64,000 bases of DNA, from NCBI RefSeq assembly GCF_009914755.1, contig NC_060936.1; one strand, written 5' to 3'. The notes under the pieces are model-generated. The model was not told where the DNA came from. It ran no database searches and saw only the letters and a program-made list of their open reading frames with translations. A program made the translations under genes and the position numbers. This stretch comes from the human T2T-CHM13v2.0 reference genome, Homo sapiens. Numbering within the stretch: the stretch's first letter is position 1; each line of letters begins with the position of its first letter. Shown here one piece after another: positions 1-24,765 of the stretch.

Positions 1-364
1 TGTCAGGGAAATACTACCAGGCACAGAGGAGCCACCTCATCTTTTTGGATTGTTGGGTCACTGTACTTCTCCATGAGTTGCAAACCCTCTCTGCAATTAA
101 TCTGTAGGACCAGCTTGACCAATGGAGTTGTAATGTTTGGAATCAACTCAGTGTGGGTGAGGTGTTCACTCTGCAAAGTTTCGTCATTTTCCTAAACCAG
201 CTCCACCCAGTGTTAATAACATCTTCCCCAACTGAATCATCAAATCCTTGTTACACAGGCCGTCTTTCCCCCAGCGGTGTCTGTTGGGATGGGTGAAGTA
301 GGCTGAGTTCGTGGTCTTGCTGACATTTTATCCAATAAACGCACCTTCTTTATTGCAGCATAGT

Positions 365-1430
365 AATAATAATAATGACAGCTAACATTTATTGAATACT
401 TAACTATGTTTAAAACTCAACACTTCTACTTTCTAGCTGTGTGGCCTTGAGCAAGTCACTTCCTGTGTCAGTTTCCTGTGGCTGCTTGATGATTTAAAAC
501 AATCAAAATGTATTCTCTCACAGTTCTAAAAGCCAGAAGTCCAAAATTAGTATCACTAGGGCAAAATCAAGGTGTTGGCTAGAACACACTCTCTCCGAAG
601 GCTCTGAGCTGGGCACGGTGGTACGTGCCTGTAATCTTAGTTACTTGGGAGGCTGAGGTGGGAGGACTCCTTGAGTCGAGGAGTTTGAGACCAGCCTGGG
701 CAACATAGCAAGGTCCTGTCACCAAAAAAAAAAAAAAAAGACTGGGCATGGTATCTCACACCTGTAATCCCAGGACTTTCGGAGGATGAGGAGGGAGGAT
801 TGCTTGAGCTCAGGAGTTTGAAACCAGCCTGGGCAACATAGCAAGACCTCATCTCTACAAAATTAAAAGTAAAAGACGACTCTGGGCTGGGTGCGGTGGC
901 TCATGCCTGTAATCCCAGCACTTTGGGAGGCCGAGGCAGGCAGATCACGAGGTCAGGAGATCGAGACCATCCTGGCTAACACGGTGAAACCCCGTCTCTA
1001 CTAAAAATACAAAAAATTAGTCGGGCGTGGTGGCGGGCGCCTGTAGTCCCAGCTGCTCAGGAAGCTGAGGCAGGAGAATGGCATGAACCCAGGAGGCAGA
1101 GCTTGCAGTGAGCCTGCTGCACTGCACTCCAGCCTGGGTGACAGAGAGAGACTCCATCTCAAAAAAAAAGACGACTCTGGAAGAAAATCTATTCTTGCCT
1201 CTTCCAGCCTCTGGTGGCTCTAGGCATTCCTGTCTCACTCCAGCCTCTGCCTCCATCTTCATGTGAGCTTCTCCTGTGTGTGTGTAAATCTTCCCTCTGT
1301 TGTTTCATCTGTAAAGTTAGGACAGTAGCAATGCTAACTCCCTGTCAGGGCTGATGTGAGATTTCAATGGGTTAATGTAGATAGAGCAGTTTGCATGCTG
1401 GCAGGCAGGCAGCCCTCGATGAATGGTGTG
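365..1430. mobile_element. MIR interrupted by an MLT1 (ERVL-MaLR LTR; ~465-605 and ~1171-1300), itself interrupted by FLAM/Alu
   Basis: MIR core tagctgtgtggccttgagcaagtcacttc resumes as gtttcatctgtaaa at ~1302; MLT1 motif attctctcacagttct...agaagtccaaaat...ttccagcctctggtggc. Confidence 0.65.
606..1169 (+). mobile_element. Two FLAM monomers (606-739, 740-870) and an AluY-like element (885-1169)
   Basis: Alu consensus matches; AluY diagnostics gatcgagaccatcctggctaac and gagcttgcagtgag; TSD aaaagacgactctgg at 871-885 and 1166-1180. Confidence 0.9.
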
Positions 1431-1979
1431 GCTATTATGAATCGATTTACGGAGTTATTTCTACCCAGGACTGGCAATTGTGGGGATAATTGATTCCAGT
1501 GATGTCACCTCCCCAACTGCCAGGTTTTCAGCAGGACTAAATGTGCCAAATGGGCTTTGTTGAGCCAACTCCTCTGGGTGTTAAGAGCCACCATGCCAAT
1601 TCTCCTTGCTGCTTCTTGGGGCCCGTCTGCCGCCTCTCCCTAATTAATGCGAAGGCGCACCCGCCAACAGGCCCACTTGCTGTCATCCCAGGAAACACCC
1701 AAGTGGGATACAGCCAAGTTTTGGACATTTTTTCAGTTACTGGATAAAAATAGTATTTTGATCATTTTAACAGCACAGAGAAGAGGGAGAATGCCACCTT
1801 GTCCTCCATCTACAGGGGCAGCCTCAGGGGCTGAGAGGGCCTGGCCTTTGTAGTCTCACATGGATAAACTGTTCTAAGGAAGCCTGACTGTGTCACAATC
1901 CTAAGACAGTGTCATAGCACACTACCATTATCATTAAATTGAAGAAACATGAAAATGAACCAACCTGTGCAACACAAAA

Positions 1980-3896
<1,917 letters not shown>

Positions 3897-3899
3897 TTA

Positions 3900-4230
3900 A
3901 TGCTTCAATGAAAGCTATGGAAGAAAAATACAGTATGTCCTGACACCAAGTGACCTGGTCAGAGGGAATCAGGAGGGCTTCTCCAAGGAAGGGACATTTA
4001 CACTGGGATCCTGAAGTCTGAGTAGGAGTTAGCAGAGGGGAAGGGTCTTCCAGACAGAGGGAACAGCATAGCAGGAAAGGTGGTGGTGAGAGATAAAGAA
4101 ATGACCAGTGTGGCCAGTGATGTCAGCAGGGGACCAGACCAGGCTGGACACAGTGGTATGGGCTTCATGCCAAGGGAAATGGGGAGCCATGGAAGGTTCA
4201 AGGCTGAGAAGATGATGGAACTGCTCTGAT
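3900..4230 (-). mobile_element. L2 fragment
   Basis: Degenerate L2-like motifs (ggagggcttctccaaggaagggacattt...gagtaggagttag...agagggaacagcat). Confidence 0.5.
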
Positions 4231-4753
4231 GTGGTCTACCAGTCATCTTGAACTTTGGGACTTAGGAAGTAGAGGTTGTCTGTCATCCAGGAATGGCCAG
4301 TGGGTGCCTGTGGGCAGGAAAGTCACAGAAAACACAGGACTGACCTGATGCCCCATTTTGGTGGACTGTGCCCCATACCTGACACCCCAGCAGAAGGGAA
4401 TTGGTGCGGGATTTGGGATGGGAACCCTGATGCACTGTAAAGACCATCAGAGTGCTCTGCCCAACTACTCTAAGCCTCAGTGGGGTTACTCTAACTCATA
4501 CTCCTAGAGACACTGTGAGGATGAAGGTGGTCACCCAGGAACAGGACAATCAAGGTTCAGTAACTGGTAAGCAGGTGTTGGCTGAGTCTCCTCCTCTTTG
4601 TGGCTTCAGTTTCTGCCTCTACACACGGAGTCTACCAGCTGCTTTCACTATCACGCTGGCTCTGCCACTTACCTCATTTAGGCACACACTCCCCATTTCT
4701 GAGCCCCCATTTCCTCCTCTATAAAGCAAGGGCTTTGGGTGGGGTGAGCTTCA

Positions 4754-5090
<337 letters not shown>

Positions 5091-5199
5091 ATTGTGAGCA
5101 TCAGATCCAGCAGGGCATCTTGTCACCAAGGATTGCTCTTGGGCCCAGTCCCCAGAGAGAACTCTAGCTCTGGGGAGGAAGTTGGATGTTTATCATGTG

Positions 5200-6853
<1,654 letters not shown>

Positions 6854-6898
6854 GTTCCCCAGCTGAAGTAATGGTATGGTTCAAGGTTCAAGAATTAC

Positions 6899-11704
<4,806 letters not shown>

Positions 11705-11849
11705 TATCTGGTGATTCTCACGCGCAGCCAGGTTTGAGGACCACTGACTTACATTCTCTTCCCCCTGGTTTCCACCTTCACCTTCACGTGATGGTAACCA
11801 CCATCCTGAAATACGTGTAGTGCATGGACGGATTCTTTGCCTCCATGCT

Positions 11850-12500
11850 TCCCTATTTCAAGGAGCAGCGACGTTTGCTATTTATCTCCCGCTGGCCACG
11901 ACGGGGCACCAGAGAAAAACACAGGCTCCCTACGCGCTGAAGGAGGCTTGGCCCTTGCGACGCTCCGTCGTCGGGCTCGTTGCCGGTGCAAACAGGGAGG
12001 AAACAGCCGGCGTTGCTGTAGCGCGTCTGGGAATTACACCGGGGGACTGGCCGGCCCGCTTCGTGCCTGCGGGAAGTCGGGCCGGGGGACTCTTCGGAAA
12101 CTCCGAGCCTCAGAGAAATGTGAGTCGGAGGGTTGGACTAGGCCGGATCCGGCGTTAGGGCGGGGGCCCGCAGGCGGCCCGCGCGGGCGGGAACCGGGGC
12201 GGCAGTCAGCGGGCGCGAGCTCAGGGCGCCTCCGGGGTCCTCACTGCGCTCCCCACGCGCTGTGACCCCATTTGTTGCACGTGCATGTTCAGGTCGAGAG
12301 AGGGATGCGACGTGTTCGGGGAGCAGCCCACCTTGTGGGTGGCCAATCCGGGACGGGAATCTTAAACTTTTAACTCTTGGTGCAAAGACTGATCCACTGG
12401 CGGCTTTACGGGAGCGGGAAAAAAGTATGTGAAGCTTGCCACGGTCTCGAGACCGAGGTCACACGTTAGCAGCCTGCCGGCTACATTTGGACCATAGACG
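11850..12500 (+). promoter_or_regulatory. TCHP: CpG-island promoter of TCHP
   Basis: Sharp local excess of CpG and GC, GC boxes (GGGCGG at 12158 and 12185), E-boxes TCACGTGA (11784-11791) and GCACGTGC (12277-12284); lies 2.6 kb upstream of the first coding exon. Confidence 0.88.
11970..12119 (+). other. TCHP: TCHP non-coding exon 1 (5' end approximate)
   Basis: Consensus donor AAT|GTGAGT at 12120 inside the CpG island. The TSS cannot be fixed from sequence. A second candidate donor, AAA|GTATGT, lies at 12425. Confidence 0.7.
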
Positions 12501-12960
12501 CAGAGTGTTTGCCCCCAAAACTGGAGGACCTCCAGAATGAGATTCTTGGCGTGCACCAGGCCTTTTCGCTCATTCAGCCGGCGTTCCTACCCAGGCACTG
12601 CATCGACCCTACACTTGAGGACAGCTTTTGGGTCAGGGGAATTGGTGCCTGGAGTGAGACTGCTCTCTGCTTTCAAGGCTCCAGCTGTATCCCTACATTG
12701 CTCAGGCAATTCCTCTCTCTAGGTCTCAGCTTCTTCATCTGCAAGATGAAAGGTCTGTCCTCCATGGTAGCCCAACATACTTCCGAGTGTTATTATCAGT
12801 CCCCTCCCCGGGGACTGCCAGAGCCAGGGCAGGTTGGTCCCAACAGGCAGCCCCTTGCAGCAGAGAGAGCCTGGGCTCTGGTCTCAGACGGACATGAATT
12901 AGGAACCCAGCTTGTTTATCTCCTTTACTTCCTGGCTCTGTGATCCTGAGCAAATCACTT

Positions 12961-13620
12961 TGTAATGCTTAACGTTGTTTTTACTAACCTTGTTTTTTAA
13001 TGCCTTACCTTGTTTTTACTAACCTTGCTTTTAGACTCTTTTTTTCCCCTTAATCACCTAGCCTTGTTTCCACATGAATTAGCTCTCCCTTAGTTGAGAA
13101 AGCCGGATGAACTCCATCTGGTTCCCTCATTTACAAGACATCAAGGACTCCTTACCCACCCCTTTCCTCAAGGAGTTAACTTGTGTAAGCAGAATCTCAA
13201 CATATCAAAGAGTCCAATTAACTGATAAGGTACTGAAACAAGCAATGTACGAAGTTCCCAGGATTTTGCTCAAAAGATAACACCATAAAACCTTGAGTTG
13301 GTGTCGGGCAGAGCACCCATATCTAACATTTTATGAAAGATTTAGAGCCCCTGCACCTGGAACTGTTGTTTCTCTGTAACCATTTGTCTTTTAATTGTTT
13401 CTCTGTGACTCTTTGTCCTTTTAATTTTTGCATGTTTTTACTTATGTAGAATTGTTGCATCTGAGCTCCCCTCCCCTTCCTAAACCAAAGTATAAAGGAA
13501 AATCAAGCCCCTTCCTCGGGCCAAGAGAATTTATTAGCCGTCTCTTGGGCACTGGCTAAATAAAGGACTCTTAATTTCGTCTCAAACTGTGGCGTTTCTC
13601 TAACTCGCTCGGGTACAACA
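12961..13620 (+). mobile_element. Solo LTR, LTR6-like (HERV-T/S71, ERV1), in TCHP intron 1, inserted into a MIR
   Basis: TG...CA termini; 4-bp TSD ACTT (12957-12960 and 13621-13624); TATAAA 13491-13496; AATAAA 13559-13564; ends tgtaatgc..ttgtttttactaacc and ctaactcgctcgggtacaaca match LTR6 as I recall it. Confidence 0.85.
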
Positions 13621-13869
13621 ACTTTACCTCTTCAACGTAAGTTTCCTTACCTGCCAAATAGCGAGGTGATTGTAAGAATGAAAAAAAGTCATATGTATTG
13701 AGTGCTTGGCACATACATGTGTTCCTTACATTATTGTCTCTGTTTAAGCACAGCATAAATGCCCCCGATGTGCCTAGTCTAGCAATCTTAGGACAATCCC
13801 TGTGTCTGTCTGTTGTGTTCCTGGTGATGGCTGGCCCACAGCTGGGTGCACGCAGTCCAGAATTTTTTA

Positions 13870-14642
<773 letters not shown>

Positions 14643-14719
14643 GTTAAAGGGATGAGGCCAAGCTGGTGAGGGTTCCTGGGATTTGCAGTGGCTCACTTTC
14701 CTCCCATTCCTGTTCTCAG

Positions 14720-14907
14720 ATGGCGCTCCCGACGCTGCCGTCCTACTGGTGCAGCCAGCAGCGCCTGAATCAGCAGCTAGCACGACAGCGAGAGCAGGAG
14801 GCCCGGCTTCGGCAGCAGTGGGAGCAGAACAGCCGTTACTTCAGGATGTCTGACATCTGCAGCTCCAAACAGGCAGAATGGAGCTCTAAAACCTCCTACC
14901 AGCGGAG
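14720..14907 (+). CDS. TCHP: Trichoplein exon 2, first coding exon ([10 protein letters not shown]...SKTSYQR)
   Basis: Acceptor ttctcAG immediately precedes the ATG; donor AG|GTAATT at 14908; 188 nt; matches the trichoplein N-terminus. Confidence 0.96.
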
Positions 14908-15629
14908 GTAATTGTGCGGTAACTGCCGATTGGATGGAAGTGGGGACCACTTGCTGGTCAGGGGATGAGGCCTTAAGGATTTAGGGAGCGTAGGATTTGC
15001 CAGGCAGTATGAATTACCTGCATGGTGATGTTTTTCCAGCTGGAAATGGAAAAAAAGATCATCAGTGCAGCCATACATTGGCATTGAAAAAGATAAAATG
15101 ATGCAGAAGCATATGATAGAATTTGGAAGCCTGGTTGTAACCCCATATCCCCAGAGACAGCCACAGTTAACAGTCTGGCACATATCCTTCCATGCTGTTT
15201 CCCACTGGTATTTGTGCTTAAATATACACACACAAAGCTACTTTTATAGAAATACGTGTAAAAACATGGAGGCCAAAAGCATAGGCTTTGAAGTCAGACC
15301 TAGATGGAAATCCTGACCGTGTCTCTTGCTGAATGTATGAGCTTTGGTTTCCTCATCAATCAAGTGGGGCTACAGCAGACCTATGCTGTAGGATTTATGT
15401 GATGGATAATATATACATTATTTATACATTTATACATTTTCTTTTTGCAAAAAACAAGATTTTCTCTTACACATACTATTCTGTGACCTGCTGTCTCTGC
15501 TTTGGCTGGGGACACATTCCTGTGTCGTCATGACACATCTACCTCAGCCTCTTTTACCGACACAGCAGAGCAGAGCACGTTCCCTGTGGCTGTAGCATGA
15601 TTGATTCAGGCAGGCCCCCTCTCACCCAG

Positions 15630-15840
15630 CATGCATGCCTATCAGCGGGAGAAGATGAAGGAGGAGAAGAGGAGGAGTCTGGAGGCCCGACGGGAAAAGC
15701 TCAGGCAGCTCATGCAGGAGGAGCAGGACCTGCTGGCCAGAGAACTGGAGGAGCTGAGGCTGAGCATGAACTTGCAGGAAAGAAGAATCCGGGAGCAGCA
15801 CGGGAAGCTGAAATCAGCCAAAGAAGAGCAGAGGAAACTG
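15630..15840 (+). CDS. TCHP: Trichoplein exon 3 (SMHAYQREK...EEQRKL)
   Basis: cccAG acceptor, GTAACT donor; 211 nt restores phase 0 (188+211=399). Confidence 0.96.
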
Positions 15841-16429
15841 GTAACTCCCCAGAGGGCTTCAGGAGGCTGTGGAGCAGGAGTGTTCCCAGCCTGAGTGTGT
15901 CGCACATGTAGGGTCATTCCTGGGTGCTCAGGTCTGATGAGATGCCAGTTAACTCCAGAGCCAGCAGGAAAAGAGCTTAGGTCCTTGTGCAGGGACTGGG
16001 TTTTGGATCAGTTAGCTGTAGTCTCTTTAGCCCCTTCAATCATTACATCTGAGTGCTTTTCCTTTCTTCCAGTTCTGTGGGTCCACAGAGATCTGGGACT
16101 AGTCTGTTTTACCTTCCAAAGTAGTTATGTGAAACAGTGAGCCCTAATCTGTGCTTTTCAGCCTGCTGTATTATTTTGAGACCCCCTAGATAGGACCTCT
16201 GTGTAGCATCAGATTTTGGCCCCCTTTTGTCATCATTGCAAGAGTCACTTGGTAGTGCCATGTGGTTCTCAGAGCTGTGCATGTGAAGCATGAGGGTTTG
16301 AACAGTGGTTGCAGTGACGGTGTGAAGGGAGGCACTCATAGCCTGAGCTGACTTCCACTGTGTGTCATCCAAAATGTGAATGGATTTGAAAAATGACATC
16401 AGGCTTTCCATTTTGTGTTTTCTTGATAG

Positions 16430-16486
16430 ATTGCTGAACAACTTTTGTACGAACACTGGAAAAAGAACAACCCGAAACTTCGAGAG
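16430..16486 (+). CDS. TCHP: Trichoplein exon 4 (IAEQLLYEHWKKNNPKLRE)
   Basis: Polypyrimidine tract + tAG acceptor, GTGAAA donor; 57 nt, in frame. Confidence 0.95.
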
Positions 16487-17559
16487 GTGAAAATCAGAGA
16501 TCTCCATTGATTTATCTAAGTAGATGAAATCATGTTTCCAGACACTTTTTTTTTTGAACACGTATCTTGTACCGGGTTGAAACAGAGGAGGGAACCTTGA
16601 GCCACCTGAAAAGAGCGCCAGGCAGAAGATCTGGCACAGGCTGCGCTGAGCGGCTCATTCGGTTGTTGAACAAATGTTGATTGAACCTCCGCTGCCTGGT
16701 CTGCCAGGTGCGGGCATGGAGATTAGACATGGTTTCTGCTCATTAGCTTGTGTCCAGCATGGGAGCTCATTACAGGGCAGGATGCAGGGTGCTGGGCCAG
16801 CCTGAGAGGATGAGCATGGGCCAGCGCACTCAACTCTGGAGGGGTTGGGGAGGCTTCCCAGAGGAGTTCCTGGGGTGGAAGAGTTTGAAGGGATGTATGT
16901 GTGTAGAGGTGAGGAAAGGATGTTCTAGGTTGATGTGACTGTGAGAACCAGGCTTGAGACTCGAGAACAGAGCGAGCCCTGGGAGCTGAAAGTGTCTGGG
17001 TGAGGCTAGGATGTCAGATAGTGAGGGAGAACCCCAAGAAATGACGCTGGCGAGGCAGAGGGTGCCAGACATCGGAAGAGCTTGTGTGACCTTCCTCCAA
17101 AGGGGCTGGGGGCAGCATACAGGATCCCAGCTGCATTTCAGAGAGACTCCTCTGGTAGCAATGTGCCCGCCGACAGGGAGGGGTGCTGCGACAGCCCAGC
17201 CGGGGGTTGGTGAAGGCCTGAACTGGGCTGGCAGGGGAGGGGGTGGCCTCTTGGCTTGGTGGCCTTGTTCAGTGGAGATTTGGCTGCAGGGAGATCATCC
17301 CTCACTGTTATTCATTTATTTTCAACTTACAGTTTTTGTATACATTTGGTGCCTTCGTGTTATTCGTAGTTACATTTAGAAATCGCCAGGCACTAAATAA
17401 TGGAACATCTGGTGCTTTTGTGCAGTTTGCACTAATCTGTGGGAGGACTCCTTAGCCCTGTTGGCTTCGGTGGAATCATCCAGAGCCGTTAAATCAGAAA
17501 AGTTTATTCAGAACATTCAAGTTAATTGCCTATGTTCACAGCTGTAAGTTGGGAAAGAT

Positions 17560-18880
17560 TATTTTAAAACTTTTTTATAGAGACAGGGTCTCCCTGTGTT
17601 GCTCAGGCTGGTCTCAAACCTGGGCTCAAGTGATCCTCCCACCTCAGCCTCCCGAGTAGCTGAGACTACAGGTGGGCGCCACCATATCCAGCTAATTTTA
17701 TAAACAGTTTCCCAAACAAAAGATTTGGATTGAATGTTGTGATCCATTTTCTAATCCAGGAGATTGTCTGCGCTCAAATCTCTTACTAACAATGCTAAAC
17801 TTGTTGCACCTACTGGTGCATCACTTGATACAGGGAGTACGTAGTCCATCTGCTTTGCAGAGGAAACTTCGGGGAGCCAGGCACAGGGTTGAGTCTTCTC
17901 ACTCAGCTGTCTCCCAGGGCCTGGCATGCAGTACATCAACCCAAGGTGGCCTTTGAAATTGTATTTCCATTTCAGCGTCCAGCCCAACCCTAGGGCTAGT
18001 GGGAGGGAAGTCTCTGTTACTTTGTACCAGCTCAAAAGATTGGTGTAGGAGTGCCTGGTCCTTTGGTCTTCTGATTGACATGCATTCACACTATACATGT
18101 TGAAGTCACCCCACGCTCTCTACTAGACGCCTGTGCCACTGAGTCCCCATGAAGCGAAGTCATGGCCACGTTCCCGCAGGTGGCACAGAGGGCAGGAGCA
18201 CACTGTCCCCACAGTGCCCATCTGTCTGGTGAGGAAATTCACATCGTCCCCCTTCCATCCTCAGATGGAGCTGGACCTTCACCAGAAGCATGTCGTAAAC
18301 TCTTGGGAAATGCAGAAAGAAGAAAAAAAACAGGTGTGGTATGTGGCTCTGGGAATAGCCGCGTATTCTGCTGTGCGAGACTGTTCACGTCTTTGCATTC
18401 GTTTACCGTTTTCAGCATCAGTGACTCCAGTTAAGGAGTGTAGTGTACTCTTTTCTTAGTTTACTTGACACATGTGAAAACTGAATGTTTGCTCTTACAT
18501 ATACCAGAATCCTATGTGATAATTCCCAGGGCAGAATAAGGCCAGGTGACCAGGGCTGGGAGGTGGCACATACAGCACGCGTCTTCTTTTTTTCTTTTGG
18601 AGGCAGGGTCTTGCTCTGTCACCCAGGCTGGTGTGCAGTGGCGCGACTCACAGCTCACTGCAGCCTCGACTGGCTGGGCTCAAGCAGTCCTCCTAACTCA
18701 GCCTCCCGAGTAGCTAGGACCACAGGTACGCACCACTGCGCCCAGCTAATTTTTTAATTTTTGTAGAGATGGGGTCTTGCTCTGTTGCTCAGGCTGGTCT
18801 GGCCTCCTGGCCTTAAACGATTCTCCCACCTCGGCCTCCCAAAGTGCTGGGATTACAGGCGTGGGCCACAGGGTCCAGCT
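17560..18880 (-). mobile_element. Partial Alu (17560-17700) and AluJ (18585-18880) in TCHP introns 4 and 5
   Basis: Alu consensus. Confidence 0.85.
18265..18333 (+). CDS. TCHP: Trichoplein exon 5 ([23 protein letters not shown])
   Basis: cctcAG acceptor, CAG|GTGTGG donor; 69 nt. Confidence 0.94.
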
Positions 18881-19218
18881 AGGACGTGTGTCTTTAAGGG
18901 CATTTTTGTCTCTCTTTTGATGAAATCTGCATCGTAAACTCGCAGCCCTGGCTTACTGTAACCCCTTTGGGGTTAAGCTTCCACACCTCTGTGCACTGGT
19001 CGCTTTGCTGCCTGGTTCATTTTAGAAAGTGTTTTGTTGAGTGGGGAGGAAACCCAACATTATTGAGTCCCTCCCTGACTTGGCGTCTGAGGGCGTTGTC
19101 ATTTGGGATTCAGGCAGGAACTGCCTGGGCCCTGTGGCCTGCAGAACGGCGGCAGGAAGCTAGGTTTTTGTTGGCTTACGGTACAGATATTGACCTGTGT
19201 TCATTTGGTCCCTTGTAG

Positions 19219-19392
19219 CAAGAAGCCACCGCAGAGCAAGAGAACAAACGGTATGAAAATGAATATGAAAGGGCCCGAAGGGAGGCGCTAGAAAGGATGA
19301 AAGCTGAAGAGGAGAGGAGGCAGCTGGAGGACAAGCTCCAGGCCGAGGCACTGCTGCAACAGATGGAGGAGCTGAAGCTGAAGGAGGTGGAG
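19219..19392 (+). CDS. TCHP: Trichoplein exon 6 ([10 protein letters not shown]...LKLKEVE)
   Basis: ttgtAG acceptor, GAG|GTGGGC donor; 174 nt; E/K/R/Q-rich coiled coil. Confidence 0.93.
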
Positions 19393-20278
19393 GTGGGCAC
19401 AAGCCCCTCTCAGCCGTGACCTCCTCCACAGCTGCTCGTTAGCATGAGATGGGCACTTGAGAGGCTGCCCTAAGAAGAGGCCATAGCAGGGCTGAGATTC
19501 TGCAAAGGGCGGCAGCAGCCGGGTTCTCCCTCTCACATGCATCCCCATCTGCCTTGTGCTTTCCCATCCTCCTCGTTTGCGTGCCTGAATTCCAGAACAT
19601 TAACGACATGGAGCCAGTAGCTGTTCTCTTAGAGGTGGTTAGCGGCCTGCTGTTGGAGAACCTTCTTAGAATCTGGATTTTCCAGTGCACTGAGTAGACA
19701 CAATTTAATCGGGTGGTCTAGCACCCAGCTCTCCGTGGGGAGCAGGTTTCGGGTCTCGAGGCATAACTGAGGGTTTTTGGTCCAGGGGCTGTTTTTGGAG
19801 AACATGGCACAGTTTCCTTGAAAGAGATCTTTCTATTTAGAAGAGGGAGGCCCATGCTCCTGTGACCTCACTTCCCCTTGCCCAGGCCGTGATTTAGCAA
19901 CTACATTCTTAGTGCCTACTGCTTATTCTAGGTGCTGAGCACTGGGTTGGGAACTAGAGATAGAGCCTGACCAAGGCCCACAGTCCTGACCTCCTGGTGG
20001 GGGCTGTGTCAGGTGGAGGACAGTTGTTAAGTTACAGTAAGAGTGGACCAGTACAGGATCCTGTGGGAGTTTAGAGTTCAGGGCTCAGAAAGGCCCTTGC
20101 AGGAAATGGCTCAGAGGGGATTGGATGAGTAAGTGAGTGGTGGGAGGGGATCGTGACCACCTGCATGGCCAGGCCTCTGTTGGTGTAGTGTCTGCGAAAA
20201 ATGGAGATGGAGAATGAAGGAAGATCTGATTCCCACGATCTCAGATCTCAGTCGAGCTTACTCTCATCATCACCACAG

Positions 20279-20391
20279 GCGACCAAACTAAAGAAGGAGC
20301 AGGAGAATCTGTTGAAGCAGCGGTGGGAGCTAGAGAGGCTGGAGGAAGAGCGAAAGCAGATGGAAGCCTTCCGGCAGAAGGCAGAGCTGGG
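20279..20391 (+). CDS. TCHP: Trichoplein exon 7 ([10 protein letters not shown]...QKAELG)
   Basis: cacAG acceptor, GG|GTGTGT donor; 113 nt; phase compatible with exon 8. Confidence 0.92.
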
Positions 20392-20563
20392 GTGTGTGTC
20401 AGAAGGGCCCCCCACTCTTCCCAGGCGGGTGGGCCTCTTGCTTTTTCAGACTTGCATTCGTGTTGCTGAAACCATAAAGGAGACAGCCTGGTCAGCAGTT
20501 ATCTAACTTCTATTTAATTCTTTCTGAGATACTGAAGGCAGCCCACATTTGATTCTCCTTCAG

Positions 20564-20630
20564 GCGTTTCTTGAGACATCAGTATAACGCTCAACTCAGC
20601 AGACGCACACAGCAGATCCAAGAGGAGCTG
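20564..20630 (+). CDS. TCHP: Trichoplein exon 8 (RFLRHQYNAQLSRRTQQIQEEL)
   Basis: ccttcAG acceptor, CTG|GTAAGT donor; 67 nt. Confidence 0.95.
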
Positions 20631-20729
20631 GTAAGTCTGAAGAGACAGCCTGACATCTTTCTTAGCCTCTTTTGTAAAAAAGGCCTTCCATTGCTTAGTA
20701 TATGAGTGCATTCTCGTAAGAATGAAGAC

Positions 20730-21000
20730 AGTGAGGGGTTGGGGGAAAGGGGAGATGTTGGTCAAAGGATACATCCCTCGGTTGGGAGATCTGGGAGTAG
20801 TGTCCATCATGTTGATCACAGCTGATGATACCATATTGTATTCTTGAAATTTGCTAAGAGAGCCAATCTTAAGTGTTGTCACCATGAAAACCAACTGTGA
20901 GGTGATGGATATGTTAATTAGCTTGACCGTAAGGATCCTTTCCCAGTGTCTGTGTGTATACATAGATGGATAGATACAGGTATCAAAACATCAAATTATT
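20730..21000 (+). mobile_element. L1MA-type 3' end fragment
   Basis: ggggagatgttggtcaaaggatac...ttgaaatttgctaagagag...gtgaggtgatggatatgttaattagcttga...atcaaaacatca. Confidence 0.75.
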
Positions 21001-21196
21001 TTTCAGTAACTGTGTTACTTAAAAAGCAGCACAACACAAAGTGAGATCACCCCCTTGACCAGCACCTGCAATCTCTGTCTATCCCCAGAGGTGCCTGTTT
21101 AGTTCACATCTTTCTAGATGTATTTACATACAGAGAGGTGGAGGTTTTTGTTTTTGTATTTAAATCTAATTGAGGTTGCATTCCTCAGCATCTTCA

Positions 21197-24497
<3,301 letters not shown>

Positions 24498-24683
24498 GAA
24501 AAACTTCCAACAGTACTTTCCGTGGATGCTGTCCTTAATTGTAATCTTTTCAAAGTGCATGTGGATGTTTATCTGCAGTGTGGTCCTGCAGAAGCCATGT
24601 GCCCTGCAGCCCTGTCTGTTCCGTAGCTCGCTTCCTGCCAGGGCGGGGAGGAGCCTGCTGTCATCCCTTTTGTGTTTGCCCAG

Positions 24684-24765
24684 GGAGGAGGCCAAGGAGA
24701 TGTGGGAAAAGAGAGAGGCAGAGTGGGCCCGAGAGCGCAGCGCACGGGACAGACTGATGAGCGAG
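24684..24765 (+). CDS. TCHP: Trichoplein exon 10 ([27 protein letters not shown])
   Basis: gcccAG acceptor, GAG|GTAATC donor; 82 nt. Confidence 0.95.

Noticed and set aside
11820-12265. 112-aa and 142-aa ORFs over the TCHP promoter
   Set aside because: Stop-poor CpG island DNA; they start upstream of the likely TSS and have low-complexity translations.
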